Below, piece after piece: positions 48,949 to 57,976 of a stretch of 64,000 bases of DNA. Source of the stretch: Candidatus Latescibacterota bacterium. GTDB taxonomy: Bacteria > Latescibacterota > UBA2968 > UBA8231. Position numbers and translations under genes: made by a program. The notes beneath the pieces were generated by a model. The model was not told the DNA's origin. It searched no databases and saw only the letters and a program-made list of their open reading frames with translations. Location: positions 2,656,001-2,720,000 of the forward strand of contig CBDETK010000013.1 of the NCBI GenBank assembly GCA_965242865.1, in the 5' to 3' direction. Numbering within the stretch: the first letter of the stretch is position 1; every line of letters starts with the position of its first letter.

Positions 48949-50128
48949 GCAGAATTCCTCAATACAGCGCTTACTCGAATTGCCCGAGCGTTCCTTTTTC
49001 CTCTTCGGTCCGCGTGGAGTGGGTAAAAGCACTTGGCTGCGCCAAGCCTTGCCTAATGCCGCCTTCTTCGACCTGCTCGACGCGGCCCTCTATTTACAGC
49101 TATCTCATAACCCCCATGACCTAGAGGCACTCGTCGGCGATAGGGCGGCGGATTCGTGGATCGTGCTCGACGAAATCCAGAAAATACCCGCCCTCTTAGA
49201 CGAGGTGCATCGCCTGCTGGAAACGCGACGCTGGCGTTTTGCCCTCTGCGGCTCATCGGCGCGCACATTGCGGCGCGGCGGCGTCAACCTGCTCGGCGGA
49301 CGCGCCCTGACCCGCGTTATGGCGCCGTTTTCCCAGCGGGAGTTGGGTGCCCGCTTCGACGCTGAGTTCTCCCTGCAATGGGGCCTTTTGCCCCTCGTGC
49401 AAGCGGATCCACGGTACGCGGCCGACCTACTGTACGCGTATGTCCACACGTACATCAAAGAAGAGATCAGCGAGGAGGGCTTGGTGCGCCGCCTGCCTCC
49501 TTTCCTCCGCTTTCTCGAAGTCGCTGGGCTACTCAATGGCCAAGTAGTAAACGGCCAAAACGTCGCCCGCGATGCCGCCATCCCGCGCAGTAGCGTCGAT
49601 GGGTATTTCTCCATTCTCCAAGATACCTTGCTCGGGCACTTCCTACCCGCCTACCGCCCTCAGCTCAAAGTGCGCGAAAAGGCTCGTCCTAAGTTCTACT
49701 GGTTTGATGCGGGAGTGGCCCGGGCCGCGGCCGGCCTCGCCTATGATCCGCCCGATCGCTCGTGGCTGGGTACGGCCTTGGAGACCTTGGTCTATCACGA
49801 ACTGCGCGTCTATAATCACGTGCATCACAAACACCGCCCCATTGCCTTTTACCGCACCCCCGCTGGCGCGGAAATCGACTTTGTCATCGAAACGCGCAAG
49901 CGCACGGCTTCCGCACGGCCGCGGGTGGCCTGTTTGGAAGTCAAGTTGGCGGAAAAGTGGAACCGGAGTTGGGAGCGTCCCATGCGCTCCTTGCACCAGG
50001 CTGCCGGTATTGAAGTAGAGCGCATGATCGGCGTCTATACCGGCGGGCGGGTCTATCACTACGATGGCCTAGACGTGTGGCCGCTAGAGGAGTTTTTGCG
50101 CCGACTGTACGAGGGCGGAGTCTTTTAA
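48947..50128 (+). CDS. AAA_14 ATPase + DUF4143 protein
   Basis: GPRGVGKS, LDEIQK, LCGSSAR, PKFYWFDAG, EIDF...LEVK. Confidence 0.92.
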   Translation: MQNSSIQRLLELPERSFFLFGPRGVGKSTWLRQALPNAAFFDLLDAALYLQLSHNPHDLEALVGDRAADSWIVLDEIQKIPALLDEVHRLLETRRWRFALCGSSARTLRRGGVNLLGGRALTRVMAPFSQRELGARFDAEFSLQWGLLPLVQADPRYAADLLYAYVHTYIKEEISEEGLVRRLPPFLRFLEVAGLLNGQVVNGQNVARDAAIPRSSVDGYFSILQDTLLGHFLPAYRPQLKVREKARPKFYWFDAGVARAAAGLAYDPPDRSWLGTALETLVYHELRVYNHVHHKHRPIAFYRTPAGAEIDFVIETRKRTASARPRVACLEVKLAEKWNRSWERPMRSLHQAAGIEVERMIGVYTGGRVYHYDGLDVWPLEEFLRRLYEGGVF

Positions 50129-50313
50129 TCCGCAACCGAATTCTTTTTTTCGGCCCGCCTCTCCCTCCACTTCTGAATTACGCGCTTGACTGGATACCAT
50201 ATAAACCCCAATACCATCAGCCCTACCGCCCCTAGCAGGGTCAACAAGGCCCCGATGGACGCCAAGCCCGCTCCGGGGCCAATGTATGCCATGACGATGC
50301 CTTCCTCGTTCAT
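50125..50313 (-). CDS. Small single-TM protein with AYIGPG motif
   Basis: AYIGPGAG, hydrophobic helix, WYP.KR basic tail. ATGA overlap with the upstream gene. Confidence 0.7.
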   Translation of the reverse strand: MNEEGIVMAYIGPGAGLASIGALLTLLGAVGLMVLGFIWYPVKRVIQKWRERRAEKKNSVAD

Positions 50314-51808
50314 TGACTCGCTCCTTGATTGCGGATGTAGTAAAGTCCACTCATGTTGAATACGGCGGCTCGTTGCTTCCGTTTTTCGGGGAACTGCTCC
50401 AAGTTCGACACATCGTGCAGGGAATGGAAGACATTCAGCACCGCGCCATCGGCAAGGCGCACCTCAACAGCCACGCCACTATTGGCGAATGAGACCATCG
50501 CCCGGCGGCGGGCGGCGGAGATGTCGACGGTGCCTAGGGAGGCGGAGAACAGGTTCCGCAGGGGTTGGGGCGTCCGGTCGTTGGGAAAGATGGTCGTCTC
50601 CCGGCCATCGGCGAGGTCGATCCTGAGCAGCCGTGAGGGGCCGTAGGTCCCATCGCGGCCGTGATTGTCGAACATCAGAAAGGTCGCGCCCGTGAGGTGG
50701 TGGACGCTGTGTTGATAGAAGAAGCTGCCCCGAACCAGCCGCTTGACGCGCCCGGACTCGCCATCGAGGATAGCGAATGCGCTGAGATGGCGCAGGGACG
50801 CGACGAGGTCGCCCGGCGCGAGGCCCCACGTACCGCCAGCGTCGGCCCCAAGCCGGTGAATGAAGTTGAGGTGAAGGGGGTCGCACAGAACGTCACGTAT
50901 AACGGGCTTCGAGGTGGATTGCATGAGGTACGCGAATGGAGAATCGCGCAAGGCGTCGAGCAAGTTGATGCGCTTTAGGAGCTGTCCGTTCCCGTCGATG
51001 ATGTTTATCGCGTCGAGATACGGTCGGTTCGTGCCACACTTGAGCGTGAGGGTCTTTTGTAGTCTTGGGCCTCGCTTAAAGGATATGGACTCACGGCCAA
51101 CCAACGCGCCGGGCACCAGCGCGACGCCGTCGGCCTCGATATGCGGCCAGTGATGGCTGTAGTCGCGCCGGAACCAGACCGGATGCCCGTCGCGGTCGAT
51201 CCGCGCAACGCCCGCGCCAAAGGGGAAAGCAGCGTATTGGTGAAAGACCACCAACAGGTCGCCATTGGCGTAGTGCGATAGGCCGCTCACCCCCCCAATG
51301 AAAGAGGCGGCGGGGGATACCTCGTAGGGGAATTCGTCGGAGTGGGCGGCGGCGGCGGCCTGTTCGAGTTCCTCGCTGCGAAGCGGGTAGGCATGGGCGA
51401 CTTCGCCGGTGGCGGTGTACTCGACCGCTAAGCACCCTCCGTCGGGGCAATACTCGAGGAACTGGTGGCGTCCGCCCTGCCACAGCACCGGACCGCTGAG
51501 GGAATCGCCGGCCACGAACTGGAAGCGGTTGAAGGCCGCACGTTCCGGTGGCACATCGGCGGAGAAGCGTGCGAATGCGCCTTCGTCATGTGAACCGCGC
51601 AGCGTCCGCAAGGTCTTTACGCTGTCGGAGATGACCGGGTAGGGGAATAGCTTGTAGTGGACGACGAGACCTCCACAGGCGAAGGCCGCCAGCGCAAGGG
51701 CCGACACAAACAGCAGTTGGGGCAGACGATTCCGAAACGCAGGGCCGAATTTTTCGGGGGGGGGGATAAGTCATTGTCTTTCAACGAGTTACGAAAATTA
51801 TCTAACAT
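50310..51808 (-). pseudogene. Arylsulfotransferase (ASST-like), 5' end frameshifted at a C10 tract
   Basis: SHHW, DPLHLN, SLRH, YQHS, MFDN motifs in 50310-51707. The RBS-preceded ATG at 51808 is out of frame across G10 at 51756-51765. Confidence 0.75.
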
Positions 51809-51886
51809 TATTGCTCCAAAGGGATCCAACCGGGTTATGCTATGGTGCTTGGCCGGCTCTCGCGCTGGCGTTGAAAGGCCGCCGCC

Positions 51887-52900
51887 TCAAGCCACGGCCG
51901 GAGTGGGCAATTCCGGCACGTATTCGTAGTCTGGCTCGGCCTTTTGCCGCTCGAGGATGGCGGCGATTTCCGTCCAAGCCTCGTACAGCCCCTGCGGACA
52001 GTGCGGTAGATCGCTTTTGATGGCCGCGTGTAGCTTGCCGAGCCGGTAGCACGGCACCGCGGCGTACATGTGGTGTTCGATGTGGTAGTTCATGTGCCAG
52101 TAGAGGAAGCGGAAAAACGGGTTCAAGAGGACCGTGCGGGTGCAGAGCCGAAAATCCGGCACGTCATCCTGCAAGCCGATGTGCTGAGTGTTGTTGCACA
52201 AAAACAGCAACCAGCCCCCGTAAAAAGGCGCGAGCGTAATAAGCACCGGCACCAGCCACAGGCCGAAGTACAAGGATACCACCGCGATTAGGGTGTGCCC
52301 CACTAGCAAGAAGCGATCCCAGCGAATGAGCCGTCGCCGCTTGTCCGGTGCCGATTCGGGGAAAAGTGCCAACTCCCATTCGCCCTCTAATTTCCCGAAT
52401 GCCCGCCGCACAGTCGTCTTGTAGCGGGCGTACAAGCCCCACGGATTTACAACGGCGCTCTTGAGAAAATCCACGAAGCGCAGTTGGGCCGGCAGGACCA
52501 CTTCGAGATCGTCGGGCGGGTGCAGCGTGTACTTGTGGTGCTCGGTGTGACTCGTCCAGAAATGGATGTGGTTGTACGCGCCGAGAAAGCTGAACACGCG
52601 CAGAAAGAAATAGTTGAGGAACTTGCTCTTGAAGACGGTGGAGTGACACAATTCGTGGAAGCCGTTGAGCAAAAAGGCGTAGAATGTCCCGTGAAAAAAG
52701 AGGATCAGCAGCAACCACGGCCAAGCCAAGTGCTCGGCCGCGTACCAAGCCCCCGCGCCGGTCGCCGCCAGCAGCCCCAAGTGCCCCAGCGTCTGGAGGA
52801 GACCCCAGCAGTCGCTACGCTGGTTGAGCGCGTGGAGGGTCTCGCGCGGCAAGGGACACCGATACCAGTTTATTTTGCGCTGATTCTTTTTCATTTCCAT
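51887..52900 (-). CDS. Membrane fatty acid desaturase family protein
   Basis: His boxes HELCH, HTEHH, HIEHH. Confidence 0.9.
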   Translation of the reverse strand: MEMKKNQRKINWYRCPLPRETLHALNQRSDCWGLLQTLGHLGLLAATGAGAWYAAEHLAWPWLLLILFFHGTFYAFLLNGFHELCHSTVFKSKFLNYFFLRVFSFLGAYNHIHFWTSHTEHHKYTLHPPDDLEVVLPAQLRFVDFLKSAVVNPWGLYARYKTTVRRAFGKLEGEWELALFPESAPDKRRRLIRWDRFLLVGHTLIAVVSLYFGLWLVPVLITLAPFYGGWLLFLCNNTQHIGLQDDVPDFRLCTRTVLLNPFFRFLYWHMNYHIEHHMYAAVPCYRLGKLHAAIKSDLPHCPQGLYEAWTEIAAILERQKAEPDYEYVPELPTPAVA

Positions 52901-52976
52901 GTCGTAGTCCTCTGCTAGAAGAAAGCCGGCCTTACGGTCGCAACTTGGTGCTGGCCGAGCAAGTTCTGTCCATCCC

Positions 52977-53852
52977 TCAGTCCGCCCAGCGGTCTGGATT
53001 GATGCCCGGGGCGTCGCGCTGCATGCCTTGGGGTTTGTGGACCTGTTTCCATTCCTTGCCGGTCGTATTGCGGCTTTGGAGAAAAGGTTGGGCCGCGGCT
53101 GGCGCGTTTTTCACCCATTCCGGCTCCCACTCATCTACGGGCTGAACCGGCCCCGCCCAAGCCGGCCGGTAGCCGAACTGGATCAGTTCCCGAGGGGCCG
53201 AGTCCCTGTTGGGGTGCGTGCCGTGGAAGAGGAGGGCCGGGATCATGACGACCGAACCGGCCTTGGGACAGAGGGTAATCTCCTGTGGATGCGAGACGTA
53301 GCGCACGTACGGGTTGGTTTGGGCGTGAAACGACAGGTGAGAGCGCGGGATGAGCCGGAAGGGGGCGCGCTCGGGCGGTAAGTCGTCGAGGTAGTAGAGC
53401 ACCCGCAAAAGGCGCGGCGACGAGCCTTCGTAGCCAAAGATCGACGAGCCATAAGGCTGGCCGTCGGTGTGCATGGAAATGCCCGGCGAGCCGGAGAGGG
53501 TGCGGGTAAAAAGCCCGTGCGTGAACACGATGTCCGGCCCCATGAGTGCCTTGAGGAACTCCGCGAGCGGGGGATAGCCGATCAGCTCGGCCACCGCTCG
53601 GCTCGCGCACTGGGGTTCGTGGTGGACGGTTTGGGCCTTGCTGTAGTCCTTGTGAGTCATCGGCAGGTCCTTCAACTCGGCCTTCAACGCCGCAATATGC
53701 GCGGGGTCGAGCACATCCGGCAGGAGCACATAGCCCTCCACTTCGAGGTGGCGGATCTGCTGGCTCCGGGAGAAAGCGGCAAAATCGGTCTCGTCAACCG
53801 TCATAAAGCCGATTTCTTCTTTGGGATCAATTTTGACCGTGGCGGTCTCCAT
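52977..53852 (-). CDS. Phytanoyl-CoA dioxygenase (PhyH) family
   Basis: EGYVLLPDVL, MHTD, IPRSH, FHG...N, R. AGGAG RBS. Confidence 0.85.
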   Translation of the reverse strand: METATVKIDPKEEIGFMTVDETDFAAFSRSQQIRHLEVEGYVLLPDVLDPAHIAALKAELKDLPMTHKDYSKAQTVHHEPQCASRAVAELIGYPPLAEFLKALMGPDIVFTHGLFTRTLSGSPGISMHTDGQPYGSSIFGYEGSSPRLLRVLYYLDDLPPERAPFRLIPRSHLSFHAQTNPYVRYVSHPQEITLCPKAGSVVMIPALLFHGTHPNRDSAPRELIQFGYRPAWAGPVQPVDEWEPEWVKNAPAAAQPFLQSRNTTGKEWKQVHKPQGMQRDAPGINPDRWAD

Positions 53853-53872
53853 GCGGTTCTCCTTTGGGCGAT

Positions 53873-54026
53873 GGGCGACGCCGCTACGGCGCCGACAGGG
53901 CGACGCCGCTACGGCGCCGACAGGGCGACGCCGCTACGGGGCGGGGCGACGGGTGCCGACAGGGCGACGCTGATACGGGCGCCGACGGGGCGACGCGACG
54001 GGCGCCGACAGGGCGACGCCGCTACA
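53873..54026. repeat. Tandem array of about 25-bp GTAG-type REP-like units
   Basis: GGGCGACGCCGCTACGGCGCCGACA twice exactly, plus 4-5 degenerate units. Confidence 0.8.
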
Positions 54027-54687
54027 GCGGGCGCGAATCGCGCCATTTGGCGAGAGAAAAGTCGTCTGAATCGTACAGTGCAAAGACCTTCGCTTCTTTG
54101 GCCCGGACTTCGGCGGCCAATTCCAACACTTCCTCGGCGTACTCCAGCGGAATGCGCACGCATCCGTCGCCATCGCCAAAGATTAGGTCCCCCGGCCGAA
54201 TTCGTACCGAGCCGACGGAGACCGGCGCGTTGACCCGCGTCGCGTTAAAGACTCCGTGCCCGGGCACCATTCCCCAAGCGAAAATCGGCAGCCCGACCCG
54301 GCGGATCCCCTCCAAGTCGCGCACCGTTCCATCGACAATGGCCCCGACCGCGCCGAGCCGCTGGTGCAACCGCGCCATGCCGTCGCCAAAGCTGGCCCCG
54401 CGCCCGGGCCGCGAATCCACGTCTTTGACTACTGCGACCACCGGCCCCTCCAGCGCGTCAATTGCTTCGTAGTACCCTTCCCAAGGGACCGCTGCGGAGT
54501 CTGGGTCGTTGGTCGTTACCTCCACTGTCACCGCATAGCCGACGACCGGCCCCAATTCCGGCAGCAGACAGCGGATCCGGTGATCGGTGTACTCTTCGTT
54601 GGGCAGGCCGCACTTTAAGACGATGGCGTTGAAAATCGTCGGCGAGTCGAATTCCTTAAAGGCTGCTAGCACTTCGGGGTTGACCAT
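54022..54687 (-). CDS. RraA-family protein (HMG aldolase-like)
   Basis: VGYAVT, FGDGMA, VDGTVRD, PGDLIFGD.DG. Confidence 0.88.
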   Translation of the reverse strand: MVNPEVLAAFKEFDSPTIFNAIVLKCGLPNEEYTDHRIRCLLPELGPVVGYAVTVEVTTNDPDSAAVPWEGYYEAIDALEGPVVAVVKDVDSRPGRGASFGDGMARLHQRLGAVGAIVDGTVRDLEGIRRVGLPIFAWGMVPGHGVFNATRVNAPVSVGSVRIRPGDLIFGDGDGCVRIPLEYAEEVLELAAEVRAKEAKVFALYDSDDFSLAKWRDSRPL

Positions 54688-54867
54688 AAAGACGGGCTCC
54701 TTTTTGCAAAACAATGCACGGAAATATCGTCAGAGAATAGAGCGCATTCACGCCGCGGCTGTCAAACCGCGTCGCGCTCGGTTTTCTGCCCAAGACTGGA
54801 TTGACGCCCGCGCAAGCCCTATACTTTCTCGCCGCCCAACCCATCCCTCACCCAGCCGGAGGATTCC

Positions 54868-56415
54868 ATGACTGCCGCGCCCGACTACACCTCAAAGGTC
54901 CCCTACTACACCTTCCCGGACACGCTGGCCGAACAAGAGGAAGCCCTCGCCGCCAACCCGCTGATGCAGCGCCTGCTCAAAGCGCGCCGCTCGTATGCCG
55001 GTGACCCGCATCGCCCCATCTACCACTACATCAACCCGGAAGCCAATCTCAACGACCCCAACGGGCTGTGCTTCTGGCAGGGCCGCTACCATCTCTTCTA
55101 CCAAGCCTACCCACCAGAGGACACCCGCCAGCACTGGGGCCACGCCGTAAGCGACGACCTCGTCCACTGGCGCGACCTGCCCTACTGCATCTATCCGCAC
55201 CCGGAGCGCTGCTGTTTTTCGGGGGCCACGCTAGTTGAGGAAGACCGCGTCATTGCCATGTACCACGGCACAGAGGTCGGCAACATGGTCGCCACTTCTT
55301 CGGACCCGCTATTGCTCAACTGGAAAAAGGTCGCCAACAAGGCCGTGATTCCCATCCGGCCCGACCAGCCCTATCGAGTATTCGACCCTTGTATCTGGAA
55401 GCAGGGCAGCGCGTACTACTCGCTGTCGGCGGGCACCAAGCCCGAAGGCCCGGCCGGCAAGCCCGTGCGCGCCAACTTCCTCTTCAAGTCCAACGATCTA
55501 GAGCACTGGGAGTACCTCCATCCCTTCGTCGAGGACGACGGGTACACGCTCGTCGGCGACGACGGCGCCTGTCCCTATTTCTGGCCGATTGGCGACCGCC
55601 ACATCCTCCTCTTCTTCAGTCACAGAAGCGGCGGCCAGTACCTGCTCGGCGACTACGACACGGGCCGCGACAAGTTCGTCGTGACTTACGGAGCCAAGTT
55701 CAACTTTGGTGCGGCCGCGCCCGCTGGCGTCCACGCTCCTTCAGCTACCCCCGATGGCCAAGGCGGCGTCTTGACCCTCTTCAACATGAACCCCGGCAAA
55801 CCGACCGAGGGCTGGAACCAGATTATGACCCTGCCCCGCCGGCTGACCGCGAGCGGCGACGAGCTGGCCATGGAGCCGGCCGGCGATTTGGCGTCGCTCC
55901 GGCGCGGGCACCAGCGCGTCGGCAAAACCACCCTCCCGGCCAACGAGGAGCTCGTCCTCGATGCGGTCCGCGGCAACGCCTTGGAAATCGTCGCTGAAAT
56001 CGATCCCCAAGACGCGCCCATGGTCGAACTCAACGTCCTACGCGCTCCCGACAAACAGGAGCACACGCGCATCGCCTTTTTCAAAAACCGGGGCTTCAGC
56101 AACCGCGTCTTTGGCAGCGACCGCCACCAGAGCTTGCTCGCGCTCGACACCTCCTATGCTTCGGTCGCGCCCGACGTGCTCTCCCGCGCCCCGGAGACCG
56201 CCCCGGTCGTCCTCGCCCCGGGCGAGACGCTCAAGCTGCGGGTCTTCGTGGATAAAAGCGTCGTCGAAGTCTTTGCCAACGGCCAACAATGCGTGGCCGC
56301 CCGGGTCTATCCCGACCGCGCCGACAGCGTGGGGGTCTCGCTGCGGGCACAGGGTCAGAGTGCCGAGCTCGTCGCGCTCGACGCCTATCAGATGCAGGAT
56401 ATCTACGCGCAATAG
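54868..56415 (+). CDS. Glycoside hydrolase family 32 (non-canonical catalytic motifs)
   Basis: NDPNG, YHLFYQ, HWGHA.S.DLVHW, FSG, FDP, GACP, C-terminal DKSVVEVFAN. Confidence 0.85.
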   Translation: MTAAPDYTSKVPYYTFPDTLAEQEEALAANPLMQRLLKARRSYAGDPHRPIYHYINPEANLNDPNGLCFWQGRYHLFYQAYPPEDTRQHWGHAVSDDLVHWRDLPYCIYPHPERCCFSGATLVEEDRVIAMYHGTEVGNMVATSSDPLLLNWKKVANKAVIPIRPDQPYRVFDPCIWKQGSAYYSLSAGTKPEGPAGKPVRANFLFKSNDLEHWEYLHPFVEDDGYTLVGDDGACPYFWPIGDRHILLFFSHRSGGQYLLGDYDTGRDKFVVTYGAKFNFGAAAPAGVHAPSATPDGQGGVLTLFNMNPGKPTEGWNQIMTLPRRLTASGDELAMEPAGDLASLRRGHQRVGKTTLPANEELVLDAVRGNALEIVAEIDPQDAPMVELNVLRAPDKQEHTRIAFFKNRGFSNRVFGSDRHQSLLALDTSYASVAPDVLSRAPETAPVVLAPGETLKLRVFVDKSVVEVFANGQQCVAARVYPDRADSVGVSLRAQGQSAELVALDAYQMQDIYAQ

Positions 56416-56428
56416 AAAGGAACGCGCC

Positions 56429-57160
56429 ATGAACGAAGAAGAGAAATTTGTCTTTGACTTGGAGGGCTATCTGGTCATCAAAGACATCCTCAGCCCCCAA
56501 GAGCTAGACGACCTCAATGCGCTGGTCGACCAGCACCTCAACGGCTGGGACAATCACCCCCGCAACGACCTAAACAAGGTCAGCAACTGGGGCCAAGCCG
56601 CCAAAAACCTGATCGACCACCCCAAAATTTTGCCCTACTTAATCGAACTCATCGGCCCCAAGGTCCGCATCGACCACGATTACGCCATTATCATGAACCG
56701 CGGCGACGCGCGCGGCGGCCTCCACGGCGGCCCTAGCCAAGATACCGACCACTGGTTTAGCTACCGCGACGGCCAGATGCGCAACGGTCTGAGCGTGGTG
56801 ACCTTTTTTCTCGCCGATGCCAACGAGGGCGACGGCGGCTTCGCCTGCGTCCCGGGCAGCCACAAGACCAATTACCCGGGCAACCTGCCCCGCGATGTCA
56901 GGCTCTTTGAGCGCAGTACTCACTACGTGGTCCAACCCACGGCCCAAGCCGGGGACGCCTTGTTTTTTACCGAGGCCCTCATCCACGGCACCATGCCGTG
57001 GCGCGCCGAGCACCAACGCCGCACCTTGCTCTATAAGTACAGCCCCGGGTACTCGACATGGGCCAAGGAGTTTTACAACCTCGAAGAGTACGGCGAGCTG
57101 ACCGAGCGCCAAAAGCGCGTCATGGCCCCGCCCTCAATGCACGACCACCCCGAAGTTTAG
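56429..57160 (+). CDS. Phytanoyl-CoA dioxygenase (PhyH) family
   Basis: FDLEGYLVI, LHGG, VPGSHK, AGDALFF..ALIHGT.PW. Confidence 0.85.
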   Translation: MNEEEKFVFDLEGYLVIKDILSPQELDDLNALVDQHLNGWDNHPRNDLNKVSNWGQAAKNLIDHPKILPYLIELIGPKVRIDHDYAIIMNRGDARGGLHGGPSQDTDHWFSYRDGQMRNGLSVVTFFLADANEGDGGFACVPGSHKTNYPGNLPRDVRLFERSTHYVVQPTAQAGDALFFTEALIHGTMPWRAEHQRRTLLYKYSPGYSTWAKEFYNLEEYGELTERQKRVMAPPSMHDHPEV

Positions 57161-57174
57161 CTAAGGAGCGCACC

Positions 57175-57960
57175 ATGTCCGACTCATACTTGCTGAGCGA
57201 AAAAAAGGCCCTCGTCACCGGCGGCAAGCGCCGCATTGGCCGCGGCATTGCCCTCGCGTTAGCCGAAGCCGGCTGCGACGTGGGGATCAACGACCTGCAC
57301 GACGACGCGGACGTTGGCAAAACCCTGAGCCTAATCCGCGCCATGGGCCGCGAGGCCGAATTCTTCGCCGGCGACATTTCCGCTCGCGACCAAGTCGAGG
57401 CGATGTTCGCGGCCTTTCTCGCCCGGTTTGGCCGCATTGACATCTTGGTCAACAACCCCTACGGCGGCACGGGCGCGCCCTTCCTCGAACTCAGCGAGGA
57501 AAATTGGGATCAAAACCTCGACGTGGGCCTCAAGGGATTTTTCCTGTGCTCGCAGCAGGCGGCGCGCGCCATGGTGGCGCAAGGCAACGGCGGCGCCATC
57601 GTCAGCACCTCTTCGGTCCACGGACGGCGGGCGTGGAAAGACGACACCGCGTACGGGGCCGCCAAAGCCGGCGTCTTGCGCCTGACCGAAAGCATGGCCG
57701 TTGACTTGGGCGAACACGGCATCCGCTGCAATGCCATCATGCCCGGATACATGGACACCGATCACGTCTTCAACCAACCGCCCCCGGCGTTGGGCGTTCT
57801 CGGCGAGCAGTACCACAACATCGTTCCCCTGCGTCGTCCGGGAACCCCCGAAGACATTGGCCGAGCCGTAGTCTTTCTTTGCTCGCCGGCCGCTGGCTGC
57901 ATCACCGGGGCGTCCCTGCCGGTGGATGGGGGGCTTTTGGCCGCCTCGGCCGCCGAGTAG
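57175..57960 (+). CDS. Short-chain dehydrogenase/reductase
   Basis: VTGG.RRIG, DILVNN, YGAAK, VDGG. AAGGAG RBS. Confidence 0.92.
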   Translation: MSDSYLLSEKKALVTGGKRRIGRGIALALAEAGCDVGINDLHDDADVGKTLSLIRAMGREAEFFAGDISARDQVEAMFAAFLARFGRIDILVNNPYGGTGAPFLELSEENWDQNLDVGLKGFFLCSQQAARAMVAQGNGGAIVSTSSVHGRRAWKDDTAYGAAKAGVLRLTESMAVDLGEHGIRCNAIMPGYMDTDHVFNQPPPALGVLGEQYHNIVPLRRPGTPEDIGRAVVFLCSPAAGCITGASLPVDGGLLAASAAE

Positions 57961-57976
57961 GGGCTTTAAGGCCCCC

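Noticed and set aside
53873-54026. 25-bp repeat array as CRISPR
   Set aside because: Head-to-tail units without unique spacers, degenerate and GC-rich.
54801-54825. TTGACG/TATACT promoter for the GH32 operon
   Set aside because: The spacer is only 13 nt; the -10 may be real but this pairing is not supported.
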